A stretch of DNA of 64,000 bases from a virus (IMGVR_UViG_3300044953_000102:1-64000); one strand, 5' to 3'. Shown: positions 1 through 10,860, counted from the stretch's first letter. Program-made: numbers and translations. The notes: a model not told the origin generated them from the letters alone.

Positions 1-3000
1 CTAGACCAAGCTACAAAACAAAAACTTGAAGATAGATATCAAGCAGCTAGAGAATGGCTTGGAAGAAGTAATTTATCAGCAGATACTTATGCTGGTAAAT
101 TAGTAAGAAGAGATATGATGCAAGCTGCTAAGGCTGATGGTATTTATGCTGTTTCAGAACTAGTTAAACCTGGTGTAAAAGGTAGAAAAGGATATATAAA
201 TAAAACTAATCATTCTATTATAGAAGGAGGAACTGGTTATGCTGTAGCTAGTGGAATTTTACTTGGTAAACAAGTGTATGTATTCAATCAAGATTCATCT
301 TATGGTTATCCTATTGGATGGTATAAATGGGATACTTCTAAAAATGATTTTGTTTCTACAAGTATTCCAGTTCTAACTAAAAATTATGCTGGTATTGGTA
401 GTAGTACAAATGAAACAGAAGCTGGTAAACAAGCTATTAGAGATGTGTATGCTAATACATTTAAAGCTACTACCCAACCATCTCAACAACAAGGTAGTGT
501 TAAACCAGGAGTAGATGAACTATTTGAATCTAATCCTGAATTAGCTAATCAAATTTATGAAGCTTTAGGGTTTAAACAATCTAATTCTGAATCTAAGATA
601 TACAATAGAACTTTTCAAAATGAGGAATATCATAATGCTTTTGTCAAAGGAGGCTTAGATGCAGTTAAGAAAGTAATAGAAAAAAATAAACAAAAGGAAC
701 TTTCTGCCGCAAAACAACTATCTAAAGAAGTAGATTTGTTGACTGAGTTTGAAGAACTAAGTAATAAAACTAATAAAACAAATAAAGAAAATGACAGAGT
801 TATAGAACTATATGTTATCTTAAAAAATTCAAAAGAACTAGATTTTGAATATTCTTTAAAAGAAATCGGTTTACCAAATAATTATGTAAAACCTACCATT
901 GAAATAACTCAACAACAAAAACAACAAGCACAACAACTTTATTCTGAATATCTTGATAGTTTAAGTAAACCCAATACTAATCCTATATTTCAAAGTAATA
1001 AACAAGAACAAGTTAAAAAGTTTACTGAACTACAAGAAAGACTTAACAATAAAGAGTTTTTAGAAGGAGCTAAAACTGCTTATGAATCTACACCTGCTTT
1101 AAAACAATATGGTACACAGGAAGAATACAATGATTACATAGCAAGAGTAAGCTTAGGTATTCTTAAAAATCCTTCAAGTGGAGAATATAATTATACCAGT
1201 AAAGTGAAGGATATTGTTTATCATACTACAGATAATGTTTTTAATTCCTTTGATGTCAAAAAAATAGGTAGTAATCAAAATACAAATGCAAAGGATGTTA
1301 TTAAAGGATTTCATTTTACAACTGATAAAGAATCTGAAACTATTTATGGAAACATTAAAATGTTTACAATATTAGATGTCAGAAATCCAAGAACTGTAGA
1401 ATACATACTACCTCAAAAGTTAAACGATAATGAAGATAGTATTATATATAAAGAATCAAATCCTACAACAGAAGATTCTAATAATATTATAGTCTTGAAA
1501 TCTAGTCAGATTCATATATTAGGTTCTAAACAAGATATAGAAGGGTTTAAAGAGTTTGTTAGTCAACCATCTACTCAAAAACAAGGTAGTGTTAAAGAAG
1601 GTGTATCAGAACTATTTGAATCTAATCCTGAATTAGCTAATCAGGTATATGAAGCTTTAGGGTTTACAGGAAATATTTCTTTAGAATCTAATTTAAAAAA
1701 TACAGGTAAGACTGAACAAGAGTTAACTGAGTATCTTAAAAAGAAATATCCTGAGATTAAATTAACCATTACCAACAATCCTGTATGGGAAAAAGATGAT
1801 AATATATTTAATCAAAAGTTAGAAGAACAAGTAAACAACTTTGAATTATTTGAAAACCAAGATAAATTATGTCCTAGTGGTATTTGCAATTATACTGCAA
1901 AAGCATCTACTGAACATTTGCAAAAAATAGGGCTTAATCCTTATCCTTCAAATTATAACGGTTCTCAATTACCAGTAAAAGTAAAATCTCCAATTGGAGA
2001 TTTTGATATAGAACATTATGTGTCAGCAGTAGCAATAAATAATGGAATATATATTTACGATATGCCTCAAAATGAGTTTATATCTAACGAATTTTTTGGA
2101 AAAGGTTCTGATGTTAAAGTTAAAGAATCTTATAAACCAAGATTGATACCTTTAACAATAGATGAAATAAAGGCTAATTATAATCTTTCTACAGAAGAAG
2201 CTGGGAATTTTATACATTCTATTTTAAACAATAATGGTTGGAGAGGGGCAGATGCAGCACCTTCTTTTAGAGAATATATAACAAAAAATATTAAAAACTC
2301 AGAAGAGTATATCAATTTACTAGAAGCTCAAATAAAAGATTCTGGCTATGAATTTAAACAGTGGGATGTAGAAGAATACAGAAAAAGTATTAAAAATAAA
2401 AAAGATATTTTAAAAACTAAAAAAATAACAAAAGAAGAAGAACAAAAGGTAATTAAATACTATGAAAACAAATTAAAATTAAAAACAAAAGAATATCTAC
2501 CTAAAAAAACAGACTCTTTTAGTTTAAGAACTTTAATTAACTCAGTTTTAGGAAGAGGTTTTGAAAATAAGATTGATTATAGTTCTTTTGAAACTGCATT
2601 AGAATCATTAGATAAATATTTAAAATCTGAAATTTTTATTGAAGATTTGTTAAATAAAGTAACAAATGCAAAAGAAAATTTAGATTCAATAAATAAATCC
2701 ATTGACCAAGTGTATTCATTGGCAAAATTATTTGCGTCTTTTACAAAACAAGTTAAAGTATATGGTATAGAAGAAGCTCTTAAAAAATATGATTCTAAGC
2801 AACAATACACAATAAAAACTTTATTACCGTCAAATGTTTTAGATAAATATAAATCTAAAGAACAAGCTGCTTTACTACTGCAAAAATATTGGGGAAATAA
2901 AGATAACATTGTTAAACAATTTAATATTTATAAAACTCAAACTTTTACAGACTTAATTACTAATAAATTTAAAGCTCATTCAGTATTTAATAAGTATCAA

Positions 3001-4242
3001 ACTGTTTTAAACTTTTTAAAATCAACAGATTTTGATTCCTCCTATTTATACCAAGCACTTTCAAACGAAGCTATAAGAAAATATACTTATTTTGATAAAA
3101 TAGAAAATACTCAATTTCAAAAAGATGAATTTAATAGAATAATAGGTCAAGCTAATATTAAAGCTATGACAGTACTTGTTGATGCTGTAAATAAAAAAGC
3201 AGATACAATACCTCATGAATATGCTCATCACTATATAGCTTGGTTTAGAAATACACCTATTGTACAAGAAGCTATTAAAAGATGGGGTAGTGAAGAAGCA
3301 TTAGTTCAAGCTATTGGAGAACAAGTAGTTAAACAAAAAGGAGAAGCATATAACTGGTGGAAAAAGTTTACCAACTTTATTCTTAGATTATTATCTGATA
3401 AACAATTATTACAGGTATTAACTGATAGTTTTCTTAATAGAGCTGACTTAAATGAATTTACTTATAATAAAGTAACCCCACAACAAAAACAACAAGCCCA
3501 ACAACTTTATTCTCAATACTTAGAGCAAACTGGTAAACAAGATATAGAAGGGTTTAAAGAGTTTGTTAGTCAACCATCTACTCAACAACAAGGTAGTGTT
3601 AGTACCCAACCCACTGTAAATACTCAAACAGATTCTACTAATATAGACACACTATCTGAAACAAAAAGACTCGGTTTAAAAAATACTGATGATCCAATGG
3701 TATTTACTTATAATGACTCCGGTGCAAAAAATTTGTTTTATTATAAAAATTTAGGTAAAAATAATCCGGATGTAGTGTTTGTACATAATGTAAGTGTTTA
3801 TGAAATAATGCCAAATCAGATTGAAAGAGGTATTAACTTAGGTGGATCATCTAACTTTATGACAGAAGTAGCAGATATGTCTGTTAACTTACCTACAGAT
3901 TTATTTATAAACGTAGTAAATAATCAAAGAGTTCCACTTAATCCTGAACAGTATAACACACTAAAAAACATTTGGGAGAAAAGAATTAATATACTAAAAC
4001 AAATTCAAGAAAAAGGTGGTAAAATTGCATTTCCTGAGTATGGTTTTGGCAATCCTAAGACAATGCCTCAAGAATTATTCGTATATTTAAGTAAGAGATT
4101 GTTTGAGGAATTTGGATACATCAATCCTGGTTCAACTATGTACAATGAAATACGAGATATGGTTGGAGTAATTCAAGGAATCTCTGATGAAGAAATATTA
4201 ATGCAATTGGAGCTAGAAGAAGATCCATTTAAATGTTCATGA
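1..4242 (+). CDS. Giant polyvalent virion protein, 5'-truncated by the window: SLOG/DprA-like domain, ADP-ribosyltransferase-like domain, papain-like insert, HExxH metallopeptidase-like domain
   Basis: Frame is open from base 1 (LDQATKQKL...), so the ATG at 115 is internal. Motifs: EGGTGYAV..GKQVYVFNQ..YAGIG (SLOG-like); IVYHTT..GFHFTT..QIHILGS (ART-like); C..H..D; PHEYAHHY. Internal repeats present. Confidence 0.7.
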   Translation, partial: LDQATKQKLEDRYQAAREWLGRSNLSADTYAGKLVRRDMMQAAKADGIYAVSELVKPGVKGRKGYINKTNHSIIEGGTGYAVASGILLGKQVYVFNQDSSYGYPIGWYKWDTSKNDFVSTSIPVLTKNYAGIGSSTNETEAGKQAIRDVYANTFKATTQPSQQQGSVKPGVDELFESNPELANQIYEALGFKQSNSESKIYNRTFQNEEYHNAFVKGGLDAVKKVIEKNKQKELSAAKQLSKEVDLLTEFEELSNKTNKTNKENDRVIELYVILKNSKELDFEYSLKEIGLPNNYVKPTIEITQQQKQQAQQLYSEYLDSLSKPNTNPIFQSNKQEQVKKFTELQERLNNKEFLEGAKTAYESTPALKQYGTQEEYNDYIARVSLGILKNPSSGEYNYTSKVKDIVYHTTDNVFNSFDVKKIGSNQNTNAKDVIKGFHFTTDKESETIYGNIKMFTILDVRNPRTVEYILPQKLNDNEDSIIYKESNPTTEDSNNIIVLKSSQIHILGSKQDIEGFKEFVSQPSTQKQGSVKEGVSELFESNPELANQVYEALGFTGNISLESNLKNTGKTEQELTEYLKKKYPEIKLTITNNPVWEKDDNIFNQKLEEQVNNFELFENQDKLCPSGICNYTAKASTEHLQKIGLNPYPSNYNGSQLPVKVKSPIGDFDIEHYVSAVAINNGIYIYDMPQNEFISNEFFGKGSDVKVKESYKPRLIPLTIDEIKANYNLSTEEAGNFIHSILNNNGWRGADAAPSFREYITKNIKNSEEYINLLEAQIKDSGYEFKQWDVEEYRKSIKNKKDILKTKKITKEEEQKVIKYYENKLKLKTKEYLPKKTDSFSLRTLINSVLGRGFENKIDYSSFETALESLDKYLKSEIFIEDLLNKVTNAKENLDSINKSIDQVYSLAKLFASFTKQVKVYGIEEALKKYDSKQQYTIKTLLPSNVLDKYKSKEQAALLLQKYWGNKDNIVKQFNIYKTQTFTDLITNKFKAHSVFNKYQTVLNFLKSTDFDSSYLYQALSNEAIRKYTYFDKIENTQFQKDEFNRIIGQANIKAMTVLVDAVNKKADTIPHEYAHHYIAWFRNTPIVQEAIKRWGSEEALVQAIGEQVVKQKGEAYNWWKKFTNFILRLLSDKQLLQVLTDSFLNRADLNEFTYNKVTPQQKQQAQQLYSQYLEQTGKQDIEGFKEFVSQPSTQQQGSVSTQPTVNTQTDSTNIDTLSETKRLGLKNTDDPMVFTYNDSGAKNLFYYKNLGKNNPDVVFVHNVSVYEIMPNQIERGINLGGSSNFMTEVADMSVNLPTDLFINVVNNQRVPLNPEQYNTLKNIWEKRINILKQIQEKGGKIAFPEYGFGNPKTMPQELFVYLSKRLFEEFGYINPGSTMYNEIRDMVGVIQGISDEEILMQLELEEDPFKCS
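475..573 (+). repeat. Intragenic repeat A copy 1 (QPS..QGSVK.GV.ELFESNPELANQ.YEALGF)
   Basis: Closely similar to 1564-1665 at DNA and protein level. Confidence 0.9.
1528..1665 (+). repeat. Intragenic repeat C (KQDIEGFKEFVSQPST) joined to repeat A copy 2
   Basis: 1528-1594 matches 3535-3601 with one mismatch; the downstream part matches 499-573. Confidence 0.9.
3472..3601 (+). repeat. Intragenic repeats B (T.QQKQQAQQLYS.YL) and C, copy 2
   Basis: B matches about 904-954; C matches 1528-1594. Confidence 0.9.
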
Positions 4243-4243
4243 T

Positions 4244-7200
4244 ATGGTTTGTGAAGTACAATTAAACTCTATAAAATACTTACAAAATAAAGGTGCTACT
4301 AATGATGTAAGAAGAATTATTGATGAAGATCTCTTTAATGAGCTTAATGATAAACTTACAGCACTTGCTGAAACTAAGTATGGTCTCAAAACTAATGGGG
4401 CTAAATTGTTTAGTATAAATATGTCTGAGCATATTGATCCTTGGAGATCAACATATTATAGAGATACTAAGTATAAAATACTAAGAGCAGAACCAAACGT
4501 ACCACTCTTTGATAGACTCCAAGAGTTATTCAACGCTAGACCTGATCAACCAATGATGATGAGAGAACTACCAGTTGAAACTCAAGAAGAAATAATTGAC
4601 TCTCAAGAAAATCCATTTATAGAAATTAACGGAGTACTCTTCATGGATGTCAAACTAGATGAACTCCAAAATCAAAGATCACGAGAAATTGCTGAAGTAC
4701 TTGCTAAAAGACTATCACTCGGTACAAACACCAAGTTTGAAAATATCACTAAGGAAGAGGCCGCTGAGATATTAAAAAACAGACCTGTCAAGTACAATGG
4801 AGAACCAGCCTTTTACTATGCAGGAACAGTTTATGTAGTAGGGGAAAATGTCAACGTGAGAACTGTATTGCATGAGTTTTCACATCCTGTACTAAACGCT
4901 CTGAGAAAGACTAACAACATCCTGTTTCAGAATCTATACAATCAAGCTATTGCTACTGAAGAAGGTCAGGGAATCTTTTATTATGTAAAGACTAACTATC
5001 CAGAATTAGAGGAGAGTTCAGATTTATTTAAAGAAGAAGTACTTGCATATGCAATGCAGTTAAAAGCACTCAACAGAATCAACAATGAAATTGAGACTGA
5101 AGGGTATAAGAGTTTCATGAATAAACTCTTCGCTGCCATCAAGCAATTACTTAGAAGATTGTTTGGTAATAAAGTAAATGTTGCCAAGTTAGATGTGGAT
5201 ACTACGTTAGAGGAACTTGCTGACATGCTCTTAGATAAAGACTTTGAGTTCTCTACAGATTTGATAACTGAAGATGACCTTGCAATGTTTTCCAGGGAAG
5301 TACTGGAACGAGCAAAAGAACTAAATAAATTCTCCAACAAAGAATCAATGGAGAAAGTTGTAAGGACTACATATGAATACACCAAAAGAATTCTGACAGA
5401 GGCCGAAAACTTTAAAGGTGATAAAGTATCTAGAAACTTACTTAAAGAATCACTGTTTCAAAAAGGTACTAATAGATACTTGCGGGAAGTTGTAAGTAAT
5501 TTAAAAAACAACCTGGATACTAATATAGAAGGTAAGTCAGAAGATGAACTTATACAAAATGCATTAGATGCTGCTAGAGTTGAGATGGATGTAGATCTCC
5601 AAAGAGCAATGGCATTAGTAAACAGTTTAGATAATATTAATGGCATGACTAAAAACATGTTGTTAGACATATCTAGAATCAACAACTCTAATATAAATAA
5701 CAGAAGTACTATTGCATTGATGATGCTTTACAAGTCTAACTCTAGAGCTTGGTTAAAAATGATCCAAGAGATAGATGAAGCTTTATCATTAAGTGGAGAT
5801 ATAATAGATAGTAATAATCCATTCTATAAAACAATGAATGAGATTATACTAAACATCACCCGGATCAATACAAACATTGCCAACTTACTTAAAAATAACA
5901 ATGTTCAGTTCTATGTTGAGATGACAAGTTATATGTCAAAATATGTTCAGGATAGATTGAAAGGTAATTTAGGCATTGCATTAAAACAAACATTTCCAAC
6001 AGAACAATTAGAACGTGAAGTGGATGACCTGTATAATAAAGTAGTTCAACAGACTCTTACTGATGCAGACATAGATGCATTAGTGCAGAAAGGTGTTCCT
6101 GCTGATGTATTACGTGGGTTTATAACTGAGTATAAAAACTTAGTAATTGATGAAGAAAAAATCAAAGCTGCACTTACTGGAGGAGCTCATGATGTAAGCT
6201 GGTTTAATAGATGGTTAGAGTCATATAGTTCTAGTAATGACATCATAGTAGGTCCATTAGCAATGTTTATTCAGAATGAAAAGACTCAAGTTCAACAACA
6301 AGTTTGGGAGAAGTCAATGAAGTTTAGAAATAAACTTGAAAAACTTTTACCCAAAGTTGGCTTTAGCAAATTGAATTCTATTGCAATGAGAGAGAAGATG
6401 GGATTCAAAGACAAAGTGTTCTGGGTAGATAAAGAAACCGGGAAACCTATTGAGAAAGAAGTTTGGAGTTATGTGGGTGCATTTAAAGATTATAGATATC
6501 ACTATGATCTATTAGAGTGGAACATAGAAGAACCAAAGAAAACTGAAGATCCTGCTAAGATTGCTCAGGCTATTATGGACTTTGATGATTTTAAAAGAGA
6601 CTACATGTGGCAAGAAAATGTTCCTGAATTCTATGCAAAGGATGACATATTTAAAAAATCTGAGGTAGGTCAATTAGCATACTATGTAAAGAAACAGAAA
6701 CTTCAAGCTTATAATAACTTAGTTAACTCAATGGAAAGTGAGCTTGAAAGAGTGGAAAAATACTCTACTATTCAAGCTGCATTTAGAGAATTCCAACAGT
6801 TATATTCTCTTACATATGAAGATGGTACTCCAAAGGTAGATGACCCTGCAAATAATGTCTATGATTTAAGTATAGCAAAAGTACTTATAGAACATAGAGA
6901 AGCTACTAAAGACTTTTATGAATGGAGACCTATTGAAGGTTTGTTACAGAGTGCATATAATGAGTATGTAGATTTGCTTGCTACTAAACAAATCTTTCCA
7001 GGATCTGCTGAGTTTAATAGAGAAATAGAAAAATGGAGAAGACAGAACCTACGTATGGAATATACAGAGGACTTCTGGGAATCTAGAGTTAAACTATGGA
7101 ATGAACTTGGTGAACTACAAGCAAAAATGAATGCTGCAACTAAATCAACTTTTGATTCTGCTGCCGCATTTAAAGAAATTAGTGATCTAATTTATAGTTA

Positions 7201-10192
7201 TAGGGATGAACAAGGAGAGCCTAATAGTTCTGCTATGGGTGAAACAAGACTCAAAAGAATTAGAGATCTTGAGCAAGCCCTTTCAGACTTTAAGTTTAGA
7301 TTTGACATGTCCATGGGTCTTTCAAGAGAAGATGCTGATGAACTTAGAGCTCTAACTAAAAAAGCAAAAAGTGGTTTAATAAAACCTGGTACTCCAGAAT
7401 CTAAAAGATATTTTGAGTTATTAAAAAGACAAGAAGCAGAGGGTATAAATCCTGATGATGTTGCAAGAATAGACGAAATCTTTGGTGAGTTGGGTGCACT
7501 AGCACAAAGTTTACCTACAGTACATTATATTGAAACCTTAAATTATAATCTATCTAAGCAAAATATCAAAGAGCTTGATATGGATAAGATTGATGAGTTC
7601 ATTAATTCTGAAGAGTTTCAAGATATATTAGATGCAGATGAAGGGTTTAAGAAGTGGTTTAATTTAAACCATTATACTGTTGAAGCATATGATAAAAAAA
7701 CTAAATCATATCAAACAAAGTATAAAAGAACTCGGGCCAATAATGTTTCAATACCAAAAAATCCAGATCATATTAAGTATACAAAGATCTTAGATAGAGA
7801 AGGTAATGAAGTTGAGTTAGTTGGTGTACCCTCAGCAAGACATTCTAGGTATGAAGTAAAAGATAAATATAGAACCATTCCTTTTGGTGCCAACAAAGAA
7901 GATTATATTGGAGAATATATTGATAATAAAAATCAGTGGCTACCAAGAATGTTTGATCCTTCAAGCAAATACAGTGCTAAGGATAACAGATTCATGAATC
8001 AGAAATATTTTCAAATGAAATCTGCAAACAATGCAGAATTTCAATTACTTGAAGCTATCAAAGAATACCATCTAGAGAATCAGAAAGGTATGAGTAACTA
8101 TAGTAAACTCTATCTTGATATGCCTAGGTATGCTATTAAAAAAGGTGATATTTATCAAGCATTACAAAAAGGAACATATGGTCAAAGATTCTCTGAACTT
8201 GGTAAAAACATTAAAGAATGGTACAATCAAGCTTTAGGTAAATCTGTAGTAGATGCTGAAAATGATTATAACTATAATCCAGAAAATAACTTAGTCAATA
8301 CAGATCTTGACGGTAATCAAATCACCTATGTGCCTGTATCAGGTATTTACAACTTAGATATAGAGAACCAAGATGCTGATATTTTCAAAGGCTTATTTAG
8401 ATATGCCTTATCTATACAAACCCAGGGTAAACTTTTAGAAAGCTTACCGCTTGTTAATTCCATACTTGAAACATTAGAGGATCCTGAAAATGCTCCAAAA
8501 GAACTAGAGAAGTTTGATAAAAACATGTATAGTCTTAAAGGAGCTCTTAGAATGGCAAAGAAAAAGTTTGATACTAATAATAGACTTGGACAAGTTAAGT
8601 CTCTTATAGAAAGAGAATACTATGGTAAAATGGTTGAAGGTATTGAAGAAACTCACCCAGGATTTGGTAAATGGGTGCAAAGTCTTCAAGGTTTTTCTGC
8701 TATGAGTGCATTAGCTATAAATATTCCTTCTGACCTTAAAAACAAATATGGTGCATATGTACAGTTAATTATAGAAGGTGCAGGTGCTGAGTTTATAAAT
8801 CTTAAAGATATTGCATTAGCAAGACCTTGGGCAGAAAAAGCTATGTTAGAATGGAGTACAAAAGGAATCTATCAAACTGGTCCAGGTGCAATATCTACAC
8901 AACTTATTCAAATCTTTGACCCCGTATTTAAATTCAAAGATGAATTTGGTAGAGAAGTAGAAAGATCTATGGTAAAAGATCTAGCTAATTTTGAGTGGAT
9001 GTATATGCATAGAAGATTTGGTGAGATGCAAGTTGCTACTTCACTTTTTGGTGCATTTATGTATGGTCAAAAAGTAGATCAAGTATTGAATGGTGCTAAA
9101 AAATCAATAAGATATATTGAAGCTTGGGAAAAAGATGAGGATGGTATTATTAGATTAAAACCAGGTATTCATCCAGGTTGGAGTAATTTACCAGTATATC
9201 ATGAATATACTAAAGGTGAGAGTTTAGAAGCAATTGCTAAAAAATATCACATCTCTGTTGAAGAACTTAAAGCTAAAAACAGAATTAAATCTGAAGTGCA
9301 GCTTGAAGATGGTCAAGAAATTATTATTGCTAAGTCAGAGTTATTTATGGGATTGAAAAATAGAATTCAAGGAACATCTCGTAAACTCTTTGGTGCATAT
9401 GATGATATGGGTCAACCAGAAGGAAATAAATTACTACTCTATAGATTATTTTTCTTTATGAGAAAGTGGTTTACCCCTATGTTGATGAATAGATTTGGAT
9501 TTGATTCTAAAACTATTAGTTGGACTCGTGGTGGAGAAAGATATGATTGGGCAACTACATCTTATGGTAAAGGTTTTTATATTACGGCATTTCAAACAAT
9601 GTTAAAAACTATAAAATCAGGTTTTAGAAATTACAGTTATTTAACTGATGAAGAAAAAAGTGCTGTAAGAAAACTTAGTACAGAAGCATTATTTGCAATT
9701 GGTCTTGCTTTGTTAGGTTTAATGATCTTTGGGTTTGATCCAGATGATGATGAAAAATGGAAAAAATTAAGAGCAAAATCAGGAGCAATTGGTCAAGATA
9801 CTTTTAATACATATGGGTTTTTATCTAATCATATGCTTCTTTTAATGATGGGTGTACAAGCAGAAACTTCCGCATTTGTTCCTCTACCTCAAGTAATGGG
9901 AATTAACTTTGGAGCAGATGATTATGTAAAAATGATTACTCAAACAACAAGTGCTTGGTATAACACAATTGTTCTTTATATTGATATTCTTGGAGATGTT
10001 TTAGATTTTATTACATTTCAAGATATGGATAGATATAAAAGAGATACTGGACCATATTCTTGGAAAGAAAAAGGCAGTTTAAAAGTTTGGAGTAAGTTGG
10101 GTAAAACAATTGGATTCAGTGGTGGAACTGGAGATCCAGTTACAGTATATGAAAATATGTTTAAAAATCAATCTAAATCAGGAGGACGTTAA
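4244..10192 (+). CDS. Giant virion/ejection-type protein with HExxH metallopeptidase-like domain, LysM domain and C-terminal hydrophobic helices
   Basis: 1982 aa; TVLHEFSH; LysM-like KGESLEAIAKKYHISVEELKAKNRI..LEDGQEIII; hydrophobic ALFAIGLALLGLMIFG; size and position typical of crAss-like giant virion proteins. Confidence 0.7.
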   Translation: MVCEVQLNSIKYLQNKGATNDVRRIIDEDLFNELNDKLTALAETKYGLKTNGAKLFSINMSEHIDPWRSTYYRDTKYKILRAEPNVPLFDRLQELFNARPDQPMMMRELPVETQEEIIDSQENPFIEINGVLFMDVKLDELQNQRSREIAEVLAKRLSLGTNTKFENITKEEAAEILKNRPVKYNGEPAFYYAGTVYVVGENVNVRTVLHEFSHPVLNALRKTNNILFQNLYNQAIATEEGQGIFYYVKTNYPELEESSDLFKEEVLAYAMQLKALNRINNEIETEGYKSFMNKLFAAIKQLLRRLFGNKVNVAKLDVDTTLEELADMLLDKDFEFSTDLITEDDLAMFSREVLERAKELNKFSNKESMEKVVRTTYEYTKRILTEAENFKGDKVSRNLLKESLFQKGTNRYLREVVSNLKNNLDTNIEGKSEDELIQNALDAARVEMDVDLQRAMALVNSLDNINGMTKNMLLDISRINNSNINNRSTIALMMLYKSNSRAWLKMIQEIDEALSLSGDIIDSNNPFYKTMNEIILNITRINTNIANLLKNNNVQFYVEMTSYMSKYVQDRLKGNLGIALKQTFPTEQLEREVDDLYNKVVQQTLTDADIDALVQKGVPADVLRGFITEYKNLVIDEEKIKAALTGGAHDVSWFNRWLESYSSSNDIIVGPLAMFIQNEKTQVQQQVWEKSMKFRNKLEKLLPKVGFSKLNSIAMREKMGFKDKVFWVDKETGKPIEKEVWSYVGAFKDYRYHYDLLEWNIEEPKKTEDPAKIAQAIMDFDDFKRDYMWQENVPEFYAKDDIFKKSEVGQLAYYVKKQKLQAYNNLVNSMESELERVEKYSTIQAAFREFQQLYSLTYEDGTPKVDDPANNVYDLSIAKVLIEHREATKDFYEWRPIEGLLQSAYNEYVDLLATKQIFPGSAEFNREIEKWRRQNLRMEYTEDFWESRVKLWNELGELQAKMNAATKSTFDSAAAFKEISDLIYSYRDEQGEPNSSAMGETRLKRIRDLEQALSDFKFRFDMSMGLSREDADELRALTKKAKSGLIKPGTPESKRYFELLKRQEAEGINPDDVARIDEIFGELGALAQSLPTVHYIETLNYNLSKQNIKELDMDKIDEFINSEEFQDILDADEGFKKWFNLNHYTVEAYDKKTKSYQTKYKRTRANNVSIPKNPDHIKYTKILDREGNEVELVGVPSARHSRYEVKDKYRTIPFGANKEDYIGEYIDNKNQWLPRMFDPSSKYSAKDNRFMNQKYFQMKSANNAEFQLLEAIKEYHLENQKGMSNYSKLYLDMPRYAIKKGDIYQALQKGTYGQRFSELGKNIKEWYNQALGKSVVDAENDYNYNPENNLVNTDLDGNQITYVPVSGIYNLDIENQDADIFKGLFRYALSIQTQGKLLESLPLVNSILETLEDPENAPKELEKFDKNMYSLKGALRMAKKKFDTNNRLGQVKSLIEREYYGKMVEGIEETHPGFGKWVQSLQGFSAMSALAINIPSDLKNKYGAYVQLIIEGAGAEFINLKDIALARPWAEKAMLEWSTKGIYQTGPGAISTQLIQIFDPVFKFKDEFGREVERSMVKDLANFEWMYMHRRFGEMQVATSLFGAFMYGQKVDQVLNGAKKSIRYIEAWEKDEDGIIRLKPGIHPGWSNLPVYHEYTKGESLEAIAKKYHISVEELKAKNRIKSEVQLEDGQEIIIAKSELFMGLKNRIQGTSRKLFGAYDDMGQPEGNKLLLYRLFFFMRKWFTPMLMNRFGFDSKTISWTRGGERYDWATTSYGKGFYITAFQTMLKTIKSGFRNYSYLTDEEKSAVRKLSTEALFAIGLALLGLMIFGFDPDDDEKWKKLRAKSGAIGQDTFNTYGFLSNHMLLLMMGVQAETSAFVPLPQVMGINFGADDYVKMITQTTSAWYNTIVLYIDILGDVLDFITFQDMDRYKRDTGPYSWKEKGSLKVWSKLGKTIGFSGGTGDPVTVYENMFKNQSKSGGR

Positions 10193-10194
10193 AA

Positions 10195-10341
10195 ATGGCA
10201 AAAATAAAAACAACCCCAGGAGCAGTTAAAACTTACAAGAAAATAAAAGTATCCCGTCCAGGAGTACATGCTAAAACTAAAACTAGTAAGTTAAAAAGTT
10301 CAAAGAATTATAAAAAGACCTATAAAAGACAAGGAAAATGA
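10195..10341 (+). CDS. Small Lys-rich basic protein (48 aa; not in ORF track)
   Basis: MAKIKTTPGAVKTYKKIKVSRPGVHAKTKTSKLKSSKNYKKTYKRQGK; starts just after the previous stop and has an ATGA overlap with the next ORF. Confidence 0.7.
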   Translation: MAKIKTTPGAVKTYKKIKVSRPGVHAKTKTSKLKSSKNYKKTYKRQGK

Positions 10342-10487
10342 ATTGGTGGAATTTAACTATAATGTTTGTTCTACCACATGAAAGATTTCTAGTTGGTTGG
10401 GAGTTTTATACCCCCAATGAAGACTATGATCACTATACATTCTCCTTGTCCCTAGGTATAATTACTATTTCTTTTGATTGGTCTTAA
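10338..10487 (+). CDS. Small hypothetical protein (49 aa; not in ORF track)
   Basis: MNWWNLTIMFVLPHERFLVGWEFY...; ATGA coupling to the upstream ORF. Confidence 0.6.
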   Translation: MNWWNLTIMFVLPHERFLVGWEFYTPNEDYDHYTFSLSLGIITISFDWS

Positions 10488-10860
10488 TAAACTTAGAAAG
10501 ATCAGGTTTAAAATAACCAGGTCCTTTTAATATTTTACCATCTTCTCTCATGACAGCTTTGCCATCTTCACCAAGTTTGCTCATGTTACTTGCTTGTATC
10601 TCTCTAAATACATCTTCTATTACATCTTGCATACCATGTTTTAGAATAGTCCCACATAAGATGTATAATTGATCACCTAGTGCATCAGCTATATCTACAA
10701 GAGAATTTTTTTGACATGCTTTTAGATACTCATCATTCTCTTCAGCCATTAAGTTGTGTCTTAATACTACTTCTCCATACTCTAATGGTTGTGGCCATTT
10801 ACCATCTTTCTGACCAAATGCTTTGTGAAACTCAGCCACAGAATTTAATTGTTCTTTCAT
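10465..10860 (-). CDS. MazG-like / PRA-PH nucleoside triphosphate pyrophosphohydrolase
   Basis: EFHKAFG..EENDEY..IADALGD..SNMSK..REDGKILKGPGYFKPDL pattern. Confidence 0.85.
   Translation of the reverse strand: MKEQLNSVAEFHKAFGQKDGKWPQPLEYGEVVLRHNLMAEENDEYLKACQKNSLVDIADALGDQLYILCGTILKHGMQDVIEDVFREIQASNMSKLGEDGKAVMREDGKILKGPGYFKPDLSKFIKTNQKK

Noticed and set aside
1-10192. Calling either giant ORF the catalytic virion RNA polymerase
   Set aside because: No DFDID/DxDxD catalytic motif in a polymerase-like context is visible in the parts inside the window; it may lie upstream of base 1.
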